In this document: piece by piece, positions 29,718 through 39,071 of the stretch
Numbering within the stretch: the stretch's first letter is position 1
Layout: the number at the start of each line of letters is the position of its first letter
IMG/VR virus record: IMGVR_UViG_2718218402_000005
Strand: one strand, 5' to 3'
DNA length: 43,773 nt
From: a virus
Taxonomy: Duplodnaviria; Heunggongvirae; Uroviricota; Caudoviricetes
Made by a program: the position numbers and the translations under genes
The notes under the pieces: model-generated
What the model was told of the DNA's origin: nothing
What the model saw: only the letters and a program-made list of their open reading frames with translations
The model's database searches: none

Positions 29718-30067
29718 CCCAGTTCTGTGATTTTTATCCCCAACCGCCCACCAGGAACAAGCTGACCGCGCACAATATTAATTTCATCAAACTGCTCGTC
29801 GTCTATGAGCAGCCCCGCATGCGTCAGTGCATCCAGTGGTGCCTTCAGGATATTGTCCAGGTCACGACGGCGCTTATCCGGTGGCTCTGCAATAATTTTT
29901 ATTGCCAGCCTTCCGGACAGGTTTAATTTCAGTTGCTGCTGGCGAACAATAAGCGCCACATCACGGCGATAACGCTCACCGACTTTTGATACAAAATATG
30001 TGCTGCCACGACGCCGCCAGTAGGTGTTCACCGTTGGCGGGTAAGGCAAAACAAACTCTATACGCAT
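29708..30067 (-). CDS. rusA: RusA-family Holliday junction resolvase
   Basis: Paralog of 8885-9244. Confidence 0.8.
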   Translation of the reverse strand: MRIEFVLPYPPTVNTYWRRRGSTYFVSKVGERYRRDVALIVRQQQLKLNLSGRLAIKIIAEPPDKRRRDLDNILKAPLDALTHAGLLIDDEQFDEINIVRGQLVPGGRLGIKITELGCA

Positions 30068-30079
30068 CAGTAACCTCTT

Positions 30080-31129
30080 TTACCCGAGCACGCCGGTTGC
30101 AAAGGCGTGATCAAGAAAACGAAAAATTAAATCAATCTGGGAACCATGCTTTTCTTCGAACGCCAGCGGATCCGCATGAAGCTCGTTGTGATGCTCCCGA
30201 CACAGCGGTAGCGTGAAAATATCGTGGGATTTTGTTCCCATCCCTCCCTGACCGTGACCAATCAGGTGATGGGGATCGTCGGCTGGCTGACCACAACACG
30301 CACACGGCTGTGTCTTCACCCAGCTCGTATATTTCTCATTTACCCAACGGCGACGTTTAGGTCGCCTCATGAAAGATTCCGGAGACTCCGGATCAACGGT
30401 AATGCTGACCACCGCCTTTTCCTGTGCTGGGTTCTGTGGCTGGTGGGTGTGAAGCAACGGCGCAAGATTTTTTGTGCGCTGCTTCAGTATGCTGGTGGCG
30501 GTCTGCTCTCCCGGTACGATGTCGCTTTCGCGGTACAAGGAGCGGATTTTTTCCGCACGCAACCCCAGTGAACGACGTAATACAGCTTCCGGTAGCGCGT
30601 CCGCCACCTGATTGCGGACCGCCCACCAGGATAATTCAGCCAGAGATAATTCCCGCTCCTGTGTGCCATTCATTGCATGGCGTATGACGTCAATCATCCA
30701 TGCTGACAGGTTTTGATGAGCAAGTTGCCCGAGTGATTCAGAGGTCTGGTCACGCAGCTGGTTGTCGCAGTGCCAGCACAACACCATCGCGCCGGTACCG
30801 TAACGATGTATGACGGTTTCACTGTGATGATAGTCACCATGAGGCCACTGGCAGGATTTGACATGACGCAACAGCCAGTCAGACAGTGCACCAGCGCCGC
30901 CAGCAGCACGAATCACCCGCTCATCGCTGAAAAATGGCAGTAATGATTTATCCTCCGCCAGCGGCTGGCGAACGGCAGGAACGACTCCGGACGGCAGACC
31001 GCGCATGCTTTTTGGTTCCGGCTCCACCAGCACTCGAGGGTTATGAAATACCTGCATGGATTCACGGCCCGGCTTAAGGACCACCAGCCCAAGTTCCGGT
31101 ACCGGAACAGGTCGAAGTAATACCCGCAC
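30080..31129 (-). CDS. ydfU: DUF968-type prophage protein with C-terminal HNH-like motifs (YdfU-like, 349 aa)
   Basis: 349 aa, same length class as Qin YdfU; paralog of 7822-8872. Confidence 0.6.
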   Translation of the reverse strand: MRVLLRPVPVPELGLVVLKPGRESMQVFHNPRVLVEPEPKSMRGLPSGVVPAVRQPLAEDKSLLPFFSDERVIRAAGGAGALSDWLLRHVKSCQWPHGDYHHSETVIHRYGTGAMVLCWHCDNQLRDQTSESLGQLAHQNLSAWMIDVIRHAMNGTQERELSLAELSWWAVRNQVADALPEAVLRRSLGLRAEKIRSLYRESDIVPGEQTATSILKQRTKNLAPLLHTHQPQNPAQEKAVVSITVDPESPESFMRRPKRRRWVNEKYTSWVKTQPCACCGQPADDPHHLIGHGQGGMGTKSHDIFTLPLCREHHNELHADPLAFEEKHGSQIDLIFRFLDHAFATGVLG

Positions 31130-31130
31130 G

Positions 31131-31409
31131 TTACCTCCAGATGCGTTGCTGGAATGTGCGGGACGGACGCGGTGGGCGTTCGGAATAAGGGAGCCTGACG
31201 TAGATTATCCAGTGACGATAATCGAGGCTGAGGGCTTTCCTAAACTCATACCCACGCCTGCGGTAGTTCTGAATCAGCCATTCGGCCTGTTCTTCAGTGC
31301 ATGGGTCATGCTGGTACCAGTCATATTTGAATGCATGAGAACGCCGCCCGTGCCTGCTGGCAAAGACGGCTGAATTATCAGAATTGTGTGGTCTGGAATT
31401 TTGCGCCAT
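31131..31409 (-). CDS. Hypothetical small protein (92 aa)
   Basis: Paralog of 7549-7821. Confidence 0.35.
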   Translation of the reverse strand: MAQNSRPHNSDNSAVFASRHGRRSHAFKYDWYQHDPCTEEQAEWLIQNYRRRGYEFRKALSLDYRHWIIYVRLPYSERPPRPSRTFQQRIWR

Positions 31410-31475
31410 CGGTTTTCTCCGGTGGCACAGTGTTACTCAACAGGGGTTCAGCCCTGTGCTGAATTGTAGATGAAT

Positions 31476-31739
31476 TTACTCATCTTCAAAAGCAGAAAAA
31501 CCAGCCTTAAGCCCAGCTTCTTTCAGAGACTGCAATGATGTGACAAATTCATTTTCACGCAAAATAAAACCATCTGTCACAAGTTCATCCACAAAATAAA
31601 TTAACGCAGCTCCACTCTTCCTTTGTTTAGATTGTAAACATTTAATACGGCAGTGACTGACAATAGCACCATTCTCAACGCGCACAGTATAGAGGCCATC
31701 TTCAGTAAAAATTTCACGTAATTCTTCGATTTTCATCAA
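31476..31739 (-). CDS. Hypothetical small protein between ydfU-like and hok (rem-position, 87 aa)
   Basis: Position matches rem of Qin; no counterpart in Unit 1. Confidence 0.35.
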   Translation of the reverse strand: MMKIEELREIFTEDGLYTVRVENGAIVSHCRIKCLQSKQRKSGAALIYFVDELVTDGFILRENEFVTSLQSLKEAGLKAGFSAFEDE

Positions 31740-31861
31740 CAGAATCCTTCCAGATAAATAGCACTCCCCTGTTCGGGGTCCATCCCTCTTATCCCTGCGC
31801 GCTACTTAAGTATTTTTGATTCTATTCCGGCACCGCCCAGAACTTCAAACGCGTTGAAAAT

Positions 31862-31888
31862 AAAAACAAAAACCCGCCGAAGCGGGTT
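31862..31888 (-). terminator. Intrinsic terminator after hok (second copy)
   Basis: Reverse complement of the 7451-7477 hairpin. Confidence 0.5.
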
Positions 31889-31956
31889 AAATGCGGGTGC
31901 GTTGAGAATGCCTGACACATCAGAGGTGGCGAGGGATTTCTCCCCCGCCGGGTCTC

Positions 31957-32112
31957 TTACTCCTCAGATTCGTAAGCTGTGAAGACAGCGACCTCCGTCT
32001 GGCCGGTTCGGATTCGTACCTCGCAGAGGTCTTTCCTCGTTACCAGTGCCGTCACTATGACGGTTAAACAGATGACGATCAGGGCGATTAACATCGCCTT
32101 TTGCTGCTTCAT
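31957..32112 (-). CDS. hok: Hok/Gef-family type I toxin (51 aa)
   Basis: MKQQKAMLIALIVICLTVIVTALVTRKDLCEVRIRTGQTEVAVFTAYESEE; upstream leader homology to about 32300. Confidence 0.85.
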   Translation of the reverse strand: MKQQKAMLIALIVICLTVIVTALVTRKDLCEVRIRTGQTEVAVFTAYESEE

Positions 32113-32854
32113 AGCCTGCTTCTCCTTGCCTTTCGGCACGTAAGAGGCTAACCTACGTGTGTAGAGCATAGATATGGCCTCAGATTAATGTTAAGCGTCT
32201 TGCCGGACGCGTAATGTTAACTGGGGCTTTTCTCTATCTGCCTTTGGTGTTGATGCCCGAGGCAGATAGCCTCAAGCACCCGCAGCAATTCTACTTAACT
32301 ACCGTTACCTCGCCAATATGAAATCAATCAGAAAGGTGATCCATAAGAACAACAGCAAGACAATAAATTGCCATTACAGCAGCAATAGCCAGCGCACATT
32401 TGAGAACCAGCACCACAACCTCCTGTATTGGACGTACACCAGTCCTGATAAATATGAGGCTGTCTCGTCAGTGATTCAATACAACTACTGGGTATAGTTT
32501 CTATGATTTTGTTCTGTGGAAATGGAAAACAGCAACCAGTCACCACCAGCACTTCTTTAAACATGCCAAGTCACACGCAAGCCAACATTATAGTTCCCTT
32601 TGAGCGAGCAGATGAAGCTAGCAAAAATATTGATCACTTAGGATGCATTACTAACGTTGCTATGTGTTAACGAACAGGGAGTGGGTCATCAGCATAAATA
32701 TTTATGCAGTAGGTTTCTTTTAGGACTAGATTAATCAAAAACATTTAGATAAAATTATAAAATCAAGAAATTGGTGGCAATTAATCTTTAATTGTGCCAG
32801 CTGAATTTCGTTATTATAGAAGATTAGCTTTTTTTTGAGTGTTTGGAGAGTAAA

Positions 32855-33550
32855 ATGTTAGAACCACCAAAGAGTTATAATGAAATGTTGCCTATGCTCC
32901 ATAAGGCGACTTTTATTACTACATTTATATTTTACCTATCATTAGTCATTTATGGCTACATGCCATTGGTTGGCATTAATGCCAAGTATATCCCCCCCGT
33001 TAAAGACTACGAGGAATTTATTAAATGGATATTAACCTTTGGCATATTACCAATTGCATCTTCAGTTTTTTGGTCAGTAATTAGTGGAGCTTTAGATCTA
33101 CATAATAATGTAGCAAAAATTATTGGAATAAGGAAGATGTGGGATAGTCATTTAATTATTAAACCATTAGCAAAAATTGCAGGCGTTACGAGAAAATTAA
33201 CTACTGATGAATCTCACAAGGTAATGAGTAAACTGTATTACCCAGAAGTTAAAGAGTTAAAAGACAAACATTACGTTGAACTTTTCTGGAACAAAGTTTA
33301 TTACTTTTGGGTTTTCTTTGAACATACAGTAATCGCATTTGTTACTATTTTAATAATAAGTATCGCCAAATTAACAAATATATTCTCTGTTACTGGCTCT
33401 TTAATTAATCTTTGGTTGTGGATTATTTCTCTTGTCGCATTTGACTTCCTTATTTTCATAGCATCAGTTAAACCAAGAACAGAAAGCCAAGTAAGACAAA
33501 TACCTGATAGCAAAATAAAAGAATTCTTTAACAATAACAATATTTTTTAA
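32855..33550 (+). CDS. Predicted 4-TM membrane protein of AT-rich cargo island (231 aa)
   Basis: ATG 32855 after GGAG; four hydrophobic helices; AT-rich. Confidence 0.5.
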   Translation: MLEPPKSYNEMLPMLHKATFITTFIFYLSLVIYGYMPLVGINAKYIPPVKDYEEFIKWILTFGILPIASSVFWSVISGALDLHNNVAKIIGIRKMWDSHLIIKPLAKIAGVTRKLTTDESHKVMSKLYYPEVKELKDKHYVELFWNKVYYFWVFFEHTVIAFVTILIISIAKLTNIFSVTGSLINLWLWIISLVAFDFLIFIASVKPRTESQVRQIPDSKIKEFFNNNNIF

Positions 33551-33556
33551 ACGAGG

Positions 33557-34216
33557 TTGATTTTGAATTACAAAATAAATGGAATAAACATACGTTCAGA
33601 AAATGCAGCGAAACCGCACACTATGCCATCTAACTATCTCTGTAAACAGATTGAAAGCACTAATAAAAATGGCAATGCCCTTGATTTTGGATGTGGAAAA
33701 CTTAGATATTCAGAACAATTAGTAAATAAATTTGAAACTGTGACATTTTTAGATTCCAGAAGACAACTAGAAAGAGTGCAAATTATCAGAGGTGTACAAA
33801 CCACGATTCCAGATTACGTGATAAATAACTATAAGAATGCTAATATTGTTTCTTATGAAAATATAGATAAAATAACAAATCATTATGATTTCATACTTTG
33901 CGCAAACGTGCTTTCCGCAATTCCATGTGAATCCACAATTCACAAAGTCCTCAGTGCGATTAGAGAATTATTAAAGAGTGATGGTGAAGCACTGATTGTC
34001 AATCAATACAAAAGTTCTTATTTCAAGAGGTACGAGAGCGGTATTAAACATTTGCATGGGTATATATACCAAAACTCTCGCAATGCTTTCTACTATGGTT
34101 TATTAGATGTGGATACTGTAAGTAAAATATGCTCAGATAATAATTTAGAAATAATAAGATCATGGAGCAAAGCAGGTAGTTCATATGTGGTTGTTGGTAA
34201 ACATATACATATTTAG
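33557..34216 (+). CDS. Class I SAM-dependent methyltransferase-fold protein (about 218 aa)
   Basis: Glycine-rich motif LDFGCGKLRY followed by FLDS; TTG start (33557 or 33563) 7-13 nt after the upstream stop. Confidence 0.45.
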   Translation: MILNYKINGINIRSENAAKPHTMPSNYLCKQIESTNKNGNALDFGCGKLRYSEQLVNKFETVTFLDSRRQLERVQIIRGVQTTIPDYVINNYKNANIVSYENIDKITNHYDFILCANVLSAIPCESTIHKVLSAIRELLKSDGEALIVNQYKSSYFKRYESGIKHLHGYIYQNSRNAFYYGLLDVDTVSKICSDNNLEIIRSWSKAGSSYVVVGKHIHI

Positions 34217-34530
34217 TTTATTTCAACAAATTATTAGAAAGAGTGATTTGCTTGTTAATTATTAGCTCGGCAGTGCCGGATCAACATGACCCTGCCACTT
34301 AGGCCATTGCCGGTTTACCTACTTTTGTAAGGTTCAGCATGAAGTTTTTATATACTCTTCCTAATATCAATAGTGATGCTCGCTTATGTTAGCTGCTTCT
34401 TGTACATAGTAGCCTTCTCCGACAGTACTGCAATGAGCGGAGAGTAAAAGTCGATAAACAATAAGGAGGTTCACAATAAATATTTCTCGGTGAAACTTTC
34501 AAAGCATTCTCTGTTTTGCTAAATCGACAA

Positions 34531-35430
34531 TTATAAATCAACAACATTTAGTGTTATATCAATATTATTTAGCCTTGCAATCTCTGATGAATCACTTGCT
34601 ATTTTAGCTTTTAATTTATCAATATTAATCATATCTTCATGGCTTATATAAACCATATCACCTTGGTTAACTTTAGATTTGTTCACTATGGCTTGAATAA
34701 CAGACAAATCATCCATTACACCTCTCATAAATTTCACCATGCTTTGATCTTTGAAGTCAGATATCGATTTTGAACGTTGCTTACGTTGAATTGTTCCTTT
34801 TGTAATTACTTCATTAATTTCTTTTAAACCAGTGAGCATATCAGACAGACTGCCTTCGCAACTCATCCGATGTTTTATTGCATTGCGATTAATAATATTG
34901 AGTATAATTTCGAGTGAATCTTTATCACTCCATGGATGTAATGATGTATAATCATGATGGCGTCGAATGGCGTCAATCATATCCTGGACCATATCTTCAT
35001 CTGCTTTATCGCAAAGTTCATTCACGAAATAGCTGGGGTCGATTATTTTACAATAACTTGGAGTTAGGTATCTTGAGGCTTTACAAAAACCAAAAATATA
35101 TAAAGTAGAGTATTTATCTTTCAGACTCTCTCCTATTTCATTTATTTTCTCAAAAGATTCGATAGTTTTTTTAATTTTTGCTGGACTTGCATTCGTAGTA
35201 ACTTGAACTGCTATCATGTTTTTATTATCAGCTAAATCAATGGCGGGAAAATTAACTTTAATCTGATTCATGTTTACCAGTTCACCCATTTTCAGCGCGC
35301 GAAACATAAAGATGGTCAATGACTCAATTATTCTTTCCATGTCATGAAAGCCTGCCTGTTTGCGTTGCGCGATATAAAGCTGGAGTAGTGCAATATCACT
35401 CTGTAAGTTTCTAATAAGTGGATCAATCAT
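34531..35430 (-). CDS. Hypothetical 299-aa protein with conserved-looking N-terminal motif and a C-terminal R-x4-H motif
   Basis: FPAIDLADNKNMIAVQVTTNASPAKIKKTI block resembles SMEK-type N-terminal domains from memory; RNAIKH fits a HEPN-like R-x4-H pattern; AT-rich; convergent with the preceding two genes. Confidence 0.45.
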   Translation of the reverse strand: MIDPLIRNLQSDIALLQLYIAQRKQAGFHDMERIIESLTIFMFRALKMGELVNMNQIKVNFPAIDLADNKNMIAVQVTTNASPAKIKKTIESFEKINEIGESLKDKYSTLYIFGFCKASRYLTPSYCKIIDPSYFVNELCDKADEDMVQDMIDAIRRHHDYTSLHPWSDKDSLEIILNIINRNAIKHRMSCEGSLSDMLTGLKEINEVITKGTIQRKQRSKSISDFKDQSMVKFMRGVMDDLSVIQAIVNKSKVNQGDMVYISHEDMINIDKLKAKIASDSSEIARLNNIDITLNVVDL

Positions 35431-35682
35431 AGCTAATAATCCTTTTCAATGAAGCTGGAGGTGTGTTTAACTATTAGTTAAATTTCTATTTTTATAGAAA
35501 CAAGCTTTACAACTTCATCAAAGTTTCTCAAATCCTAATCCACTTTGCAAATCCACTAACCATGCTGAATGCTTTCTGTTGTTAAACATATCCGCTGCTG
35601 GCACCAAGCAGACAAACACACTAACTCTACCCTACTCCACAAAAGAGCCAATCAATATCTGAACTAATAAACTTTAATCTCA

Positions 35683-36105
35683 TCACTTCAATAAATATCG
35701 AGCATTTCCCTGATAGAATGCTAGTATGCGCTGCATAACTTCACTCTTCCGGCACTCGCGACAGATTATGTTCTGACGCCTGTCGTAGCGACGTATTTCT
35801 CCGTCAGGTAATGACCAGATAAGGTCCGGATCAACCGCAGATGGTTCCTTCAGCTTTGCCCTTGAGAGCTTTTTACGGGCATTTTGCCAGTCCTTACGCG
35901 CCTGTTCAGACGGGAATAACCCGTAACCAGAGTTGTATACATCGCCGCTGGCAACCAGCTCTCTTGCGAGAACGCTCATCAGATATCTTGTCGCACCTGT
36001 CTTGACTTCCAGTTGCCGTAACGTCTCACGCCCACTCCGGCGTACGAGTTCAACAACCTGCCCTTTAATTTTTTCCCGCTCTTCTTGTGTAAAAACTTTT
36101 GCCAC
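35683..36105 (-). CDS. Hypothetical protein co-inherited with rep (second copy, 140 aa)
   Basis: Paralog of 5015-5437. Confidence 0.4.
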   Translation of the reverse strand: MAKVFTQEEREKIKGQVVELVRRSGRETLRQLEVKTGATRYLMSVLARELVASGDVYNSGYGLFPSEQARKDWQNARKKLSRAKLKEPSAVDPDLIWSLPDGEIRRYDRRQNIICRECRKSEVMQRILAFYQGNARYLLK

Positions 36106-36145
36106 AAGCCCTCCTGAAAATTACCTCATGACCAGAAATTAACAC

Positions 36146-37135
36146 TTACCCCCTGAAGCCCGGCGGAATTTCGGTATCCGGCTCAGAAATATGATTCACA
36201 CAACGCTGTACAGACGAACGCCCCAGGCGGATAACCAGTTCATCCCATTTTTCGCGAAGCTTTGACGGACTCATGATATTTTTTACCCAGAATGGATCCC
36301 GCTGCACCCGACCAAACATTTCACAAATTTGTCTGTGAGTTCTGCCATCCAGCATCCGCATTGTGCGCACGTCGTTGGCCCATGCGGTCCAGTTGGGTTC
36401 TTTCGGTCGCGAAATCTCGCCATCATCGCTGGCGGCCTGCTCGTAAAGACTCACGATTCGCCCCCAGATCCACTGCGCACACGCCAAATCTTCCTGGCTG
36501 CCCCACTGGCGTTTTTTCGCACTGAACACAACCGCGTCAGGGTGTCGGGTTAAAAAATCCTGTTCAACCGTCTGCGGGTCCGGTTGCGAAGCTTCCGGAC
36601 GAGAAGTCTTTTTATTCTCTGTAGTAATCTCTGTTGTATTCTCTGTAGTAATCTCTGTTGTATTCTCTGTAAGATCATCAGGCCATTTTGACCCGATGAC
36701 ATTGAGTCGTTTTGAACCAATGGAGCGTTTCATTTTGACCTCTTCCATCGTGTCATTTTGACCTGATGGAGCGGCGCATTTTAAACCGATGGATTCGCTC
36801 AATTTGCCACCATCTAAAAGCTCGCTCCCGTAGTTGATCGTGTAGAAATTGGTCATATCGCGCTTTGATTTATTGAGCTTTTCACAACGCAAAAGCCCCA
36901 GCGTTTTCAGACTTGCAAACGCGCGCTTTAACGTTGACTCTGACCAGAATGGGAACTGTTCCAGCCATTGTTCCGTTGTGTTATAAATCCAGCGAACACC
37001 ATCACATTCCATGCCGGAGTTGGTATCTCTCAACCAGTAGTGCAGTTGTTGCAAAACAATGGCTTCGTTTAAGCCAATTTTCATTGCCAGCTGCGTGTTT
37101 ATAACCAGTGGGCGTTCAGCAAAAAGAAGACTCAT
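36146..37135 (-). CDS. Phage replication initiation protein (Unit 2) with internal iterons
   Basis: ORF 36146-37189; likely start at Met 37135 (MSLLFAERPLVINTQLAMKIGLNEA...); internal tandem repeats encode TENTTEITTENTTEITTEN; C-terminal 20 aa identical to the Unit 1 rep protein. Confidence 0.55.
   Translation of the reverse strand: MSLLFAERPLVINTQLAMKIGLNEAIVLQQLHYWLRDTNSGMECDGVRWIYNTTEQWLEQFPFWSESTLKRAFASLKTLGLLRCEKLNKSKRDMTNFYTINYGSELLDGGKLSESIGLKCAAPSGQNDTMEEVKMKRSIGSKRLNVIGSKWPDDLTENTTEITTENTTEITTENKKTSRPEASQPDPQTVEQDFLTRHPDAVVFSAKKRQWGSQEDLACAQWIWGRIVSLYEQAASDDGEISRPKEPNWTAWANDVRTMRMLDGRTHRQICEMFGRVQRDPFWVKNIMSPSKLREKWDELVIRLGRSSVQRCVNHISEPDTEIPPGFRG
36615..36795 (-). repeat. Putative origin iterons inside the rep gene
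   Basis: 24-bp unit TTCTCTGTAGTAATCTCTGTTGTA repeated twice plus a partial copy (36615-36673), then five spaced copies of CATTTTGACC-like elements (36684-36787). Confidence 0.55.
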
Positions 37136-37637
37136 AATTCCATCCAGCTTTTTGTTGGTATTGCTGTCGATACGCAAGCTTGAAAGCAATTGCTTTTTCT
37201 ATAAGTTCGTCAGTTTCACGATCTACAACGGCAGGATCTGCAAAAAGCAGTCCGGATTCCACCACATCGCCATATTCTTTATTTAACCCGGCGATCATGT
37301 ACGTAATACTTTTTCCATCACTGATCTCACGATACAACCTGAAATCACTAATCCGGATAGCCTCCATAATCGCAGGCACTAGCGCCGTGAACTTTTCACG
37401 CTTATCCCTGGTGTCGATAGCCTTCCAGCGTTCGAATATCTTCACTCGATTAACGCCAAGCGCTCGCTGATCAACCGCGCCACCTTCATCTGTGACACGC
37501 TGAACATCGATGTTCGGGCGCTCTTTCAAAGCCCAGAATGCTTCAGTGATTAATATCGTCGCCTGCTCCTGTGTCATTCCTGGTCGACATATCCAGGCAT
37601 CCAGAGCCTCACGAGCCTGTTCAGGAGTGATTTTCAT
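37116..37637 (-). CDS. YdaT/YdfX-position protein (173 aa)
   Basis: Follows dicC on the same strand; weak similarity to 2154-2579. Confidence 0.4.
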   Translation of the reverse strand: MKITPEQAREALDAWICRPGMTQEQATILITEAFWALKERPNIDVQRVTDEGGAVDQRALGVNRVKIFERWKAIDTRDKREKFTALVPAIMEAIRISDFRLYREISDGKSITYMIAGLNKEYGDVVESGLLFADPAVVDRETDELIEKAIAFKLAYRQQYQQKAGWNYESSFC

Positions 37638-37851
37638 TGTTCAACCGCCCCGCCCGCTTCGTCTTACGATATTCATCATAAACTTTGGGATCATACTGAA
37701 GCTCCCCGCCAGATGCCTCCTGTAGACGCATCGCGCGACCTTCGGGAACTAAATCCCCTTTCCAGCTATAAAGCGAAGCCAAACGAATACCTGCTGCTTG
37801 TGCAAGTTTTGTTTTTGAACCGAAATACAAAAGAGCGTCAGTTTTAAGCAT
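37621..37851 (-). CDS. dicC: DicC (Cro-like regulator, 76 aa)
   Basis: 76-aa ORF divergent from dicA; sequence consistent with DicC from memory. Confidence 0.6.
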   Translation of the reverse strand: MLKTDALLYFGSKTKLAQAAGIRLASLYSWKGDLVPEGRAMRLQEASGGELQYDPKVYDEYRKTKRAGRLNNENHS

Positions 37852-37864
37852 TTAAAACACCTTT

Positions 37865-37884
37865 ATTGTTAGTCATGACTAACA
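37865..37884. promoter_or_regulatory. 20-bp perfect palindrome TTGTTAGTCATGACTAACAA in the dicC-dicA intergenic region (putative DicA operator)
   Basis: Perfect inverted repeat; related TTAGC...GCTAA half-sites at 37916-37931. Confidence 0.55.
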
Positions 37885-37934
37885 AAATAGATGTTAACAA
37901 AAACATAGTCAATACGATTTAGCATTAGCTAACT

Positions 37935-38342
37935 ATGGAAACAAAAAATTTAACTATCGGCGAACGCATTAGGTATCGTCGGAAAAACCTCAAACACACC
38001 CAAAGGTCTCTTGCTAAAGCCCTGAAAATCTCCCATGTGTCTGTATCACAATGGGAACGGGATGATAGTGAACCTACAGGGAAGAACCTTTTTGCCCTCA
38101 GCAAAGTATTGCAATGCTCACCAACATGGATTCTATTTGGCGATGAAGACAAGCAACCAACACCACCTGTTGAGAAGCCAGTTGCCTTATCCCCCAAAGA
38201 ACTAGAGCTCCTTGAGCTGTTTAATGCACTGCCAGAATCAGAACAGGATACCCAGCTCGCCGAAATGCGAGCTCGAGTAAAAAACTTCAATAAACTCTTT
38301 GAAGAATTACTAAAAGCCCGTCAGCGGACAAATAAAAGATAA
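37935..38342 (+). CDS. dicA: DicA (CI-like HTH repressor, 135 aa)
   Basis: METKNLTIGERIRYRRKNLKHTQRSLAKALKISHVSVSQWERDDSEPTGKNLFALSKVL... matches DicA from memory. Confidence 0.7.
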   Translation: METKNLTIGERIRYRRKNLKHTQRSLAKALKISHVSVSQWERDDSEPTGKNLFALSKVLQCSPTWILFGDEDKQPTPPVEKPVALSPKELELLELFNALPESEQDTQLAEMRARVKNFNKLFEELLKARQRTNKR

Positions 38343-38412
38343 CATCATCAATGAGTTATCTTTTACCACATCAATCATGTTAGCAATAACATACAAAATC
38401 ACTTGACCTATA

Positions 38413-38428
38413 TGTTAGCCATGGCTAA
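38413..38428. promoter_or_regulatory. Palindrome TGTTAGCCATGGCTAA between dicA and ydfA
   Basis: 14-bp perfect palindrome TTAGCCATGGCTAA at 38415-38428 at the same relative position as the Unit 1 palindromes. Confidence 0.45.
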
Positions 38429-38508
38429 TCTTATTTGCATCAACACACCGCACGGTGTTCTCAGCAAACAGTTCCGCTACCCCGGCGTTAAGGGGAAATG
38501 AGGTCAAC

Positions 38509-38664
38509 ATGGATACTATCGATCTTGGCAACAGCGAATCTCTGGTATGTGGCGTGTTCCCCAACCAGGACGGTACGTTCACCGCGATGACGTATACCAA
38601 AAGCAAAACGTTTAAAACCGAATCTGGAGCGCGTCGCTGGCTGGAAAGAAATTCAGGTGGGTGA
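38509..38664 (+). CDS. ydfA: YdfA (DUF1391-type, 51 aa)
   Basis: MDTIDLGNSESLVCGVFPNQDGTFTAMTYTKSKTFKTESGARRWLERNSGG; GAGG 7 nt upstream. Confidence 0.55.
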   Translation: MDTIDLGNSESLVCGVFPNQDGTFTAMTYTKSKTFKTESGARRWLERNSGG

Positions 38665-38665
38665 T

Positions 38666-38794
38666 ATGGATTTCGACACAATCATGGAAAAGGCTTACGA
38701 AGAATACTTCGAAGGTCTTGCCGAAGGCGAAGAAGCTCTCAGCTTCAGCGAATTTAAACAGGCACTTTCCAGTTCGGCAAAATCTAACGGCTGA
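38666..38794 (+). CDS. ydfB: YdfB (42 aa)
   Basis: MDFDTIMEKAYEEYFEGLAEGEEALSFSEFKQALSSSAKSNG; not in the ORF track because shorter than 60 aa. Confidence 0.55.
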   Translation: MDFDTIMEKAYEEYFEGLAEGEEALSFSEFKQALSSSAKSNG

Positions 38795-38823
38795 TAAGCG
38801 AAACAGCACCGCGAGGAATCAGT

Positions 38824-39042
38824 ATGCAGAAACGAGAACCCGTCATCATCGCGCCAGACTATACCGATGATGAACTTTATGAGTGGATGCGCCAGAAAAT
38901 TAATGCAGCGCAGGATCTGAAATGGGCCAATGAAGCCAGGGCTAAGCAGGCTGAAAATCTGTCCGCTCTGGAGCAGGATATCACTAATCTGGAAAAAGCA
39001 GCGACATTAAGCATTGCCAGAATGATTACATACCCGCGTTAA
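38824..39042 (+). CDS. ydfC: YdfC (72 aa)
   Basis: Follows dicA-ydfA-ydfB on the same strand; paralog of 568-786. Confidence 0.55.
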   Translation: MQKREPVIIAPDYTDDELYEWMRQKINAAQDLKWANEARAKQAENLSALEQDITNLEKAATLSIARMITYPR

Positions 39043-39071
39043 TAGCTAACCAACGAAGCTAAGGTTGGTAA

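Noticed and set aside
32328-32564. Cys- and Gly-rich 78-aa minus-strand ORF (and an overlapping 59-aa + strand frame from 32318) that could be read as a microcin-like peptide
   Set aside because: No convincing ribosome-binding site; overlapping frames on both strands; lies in the leader region just beyond the hok locus; composition alone is insufficient
36615-36673. Tandem 24-bp repeats that might be mistaken for a CRISPR array
   Set aside because: Only two and a half contiguous copies with no spacers, inside a replication initiator gene; interpreted as origin iterons
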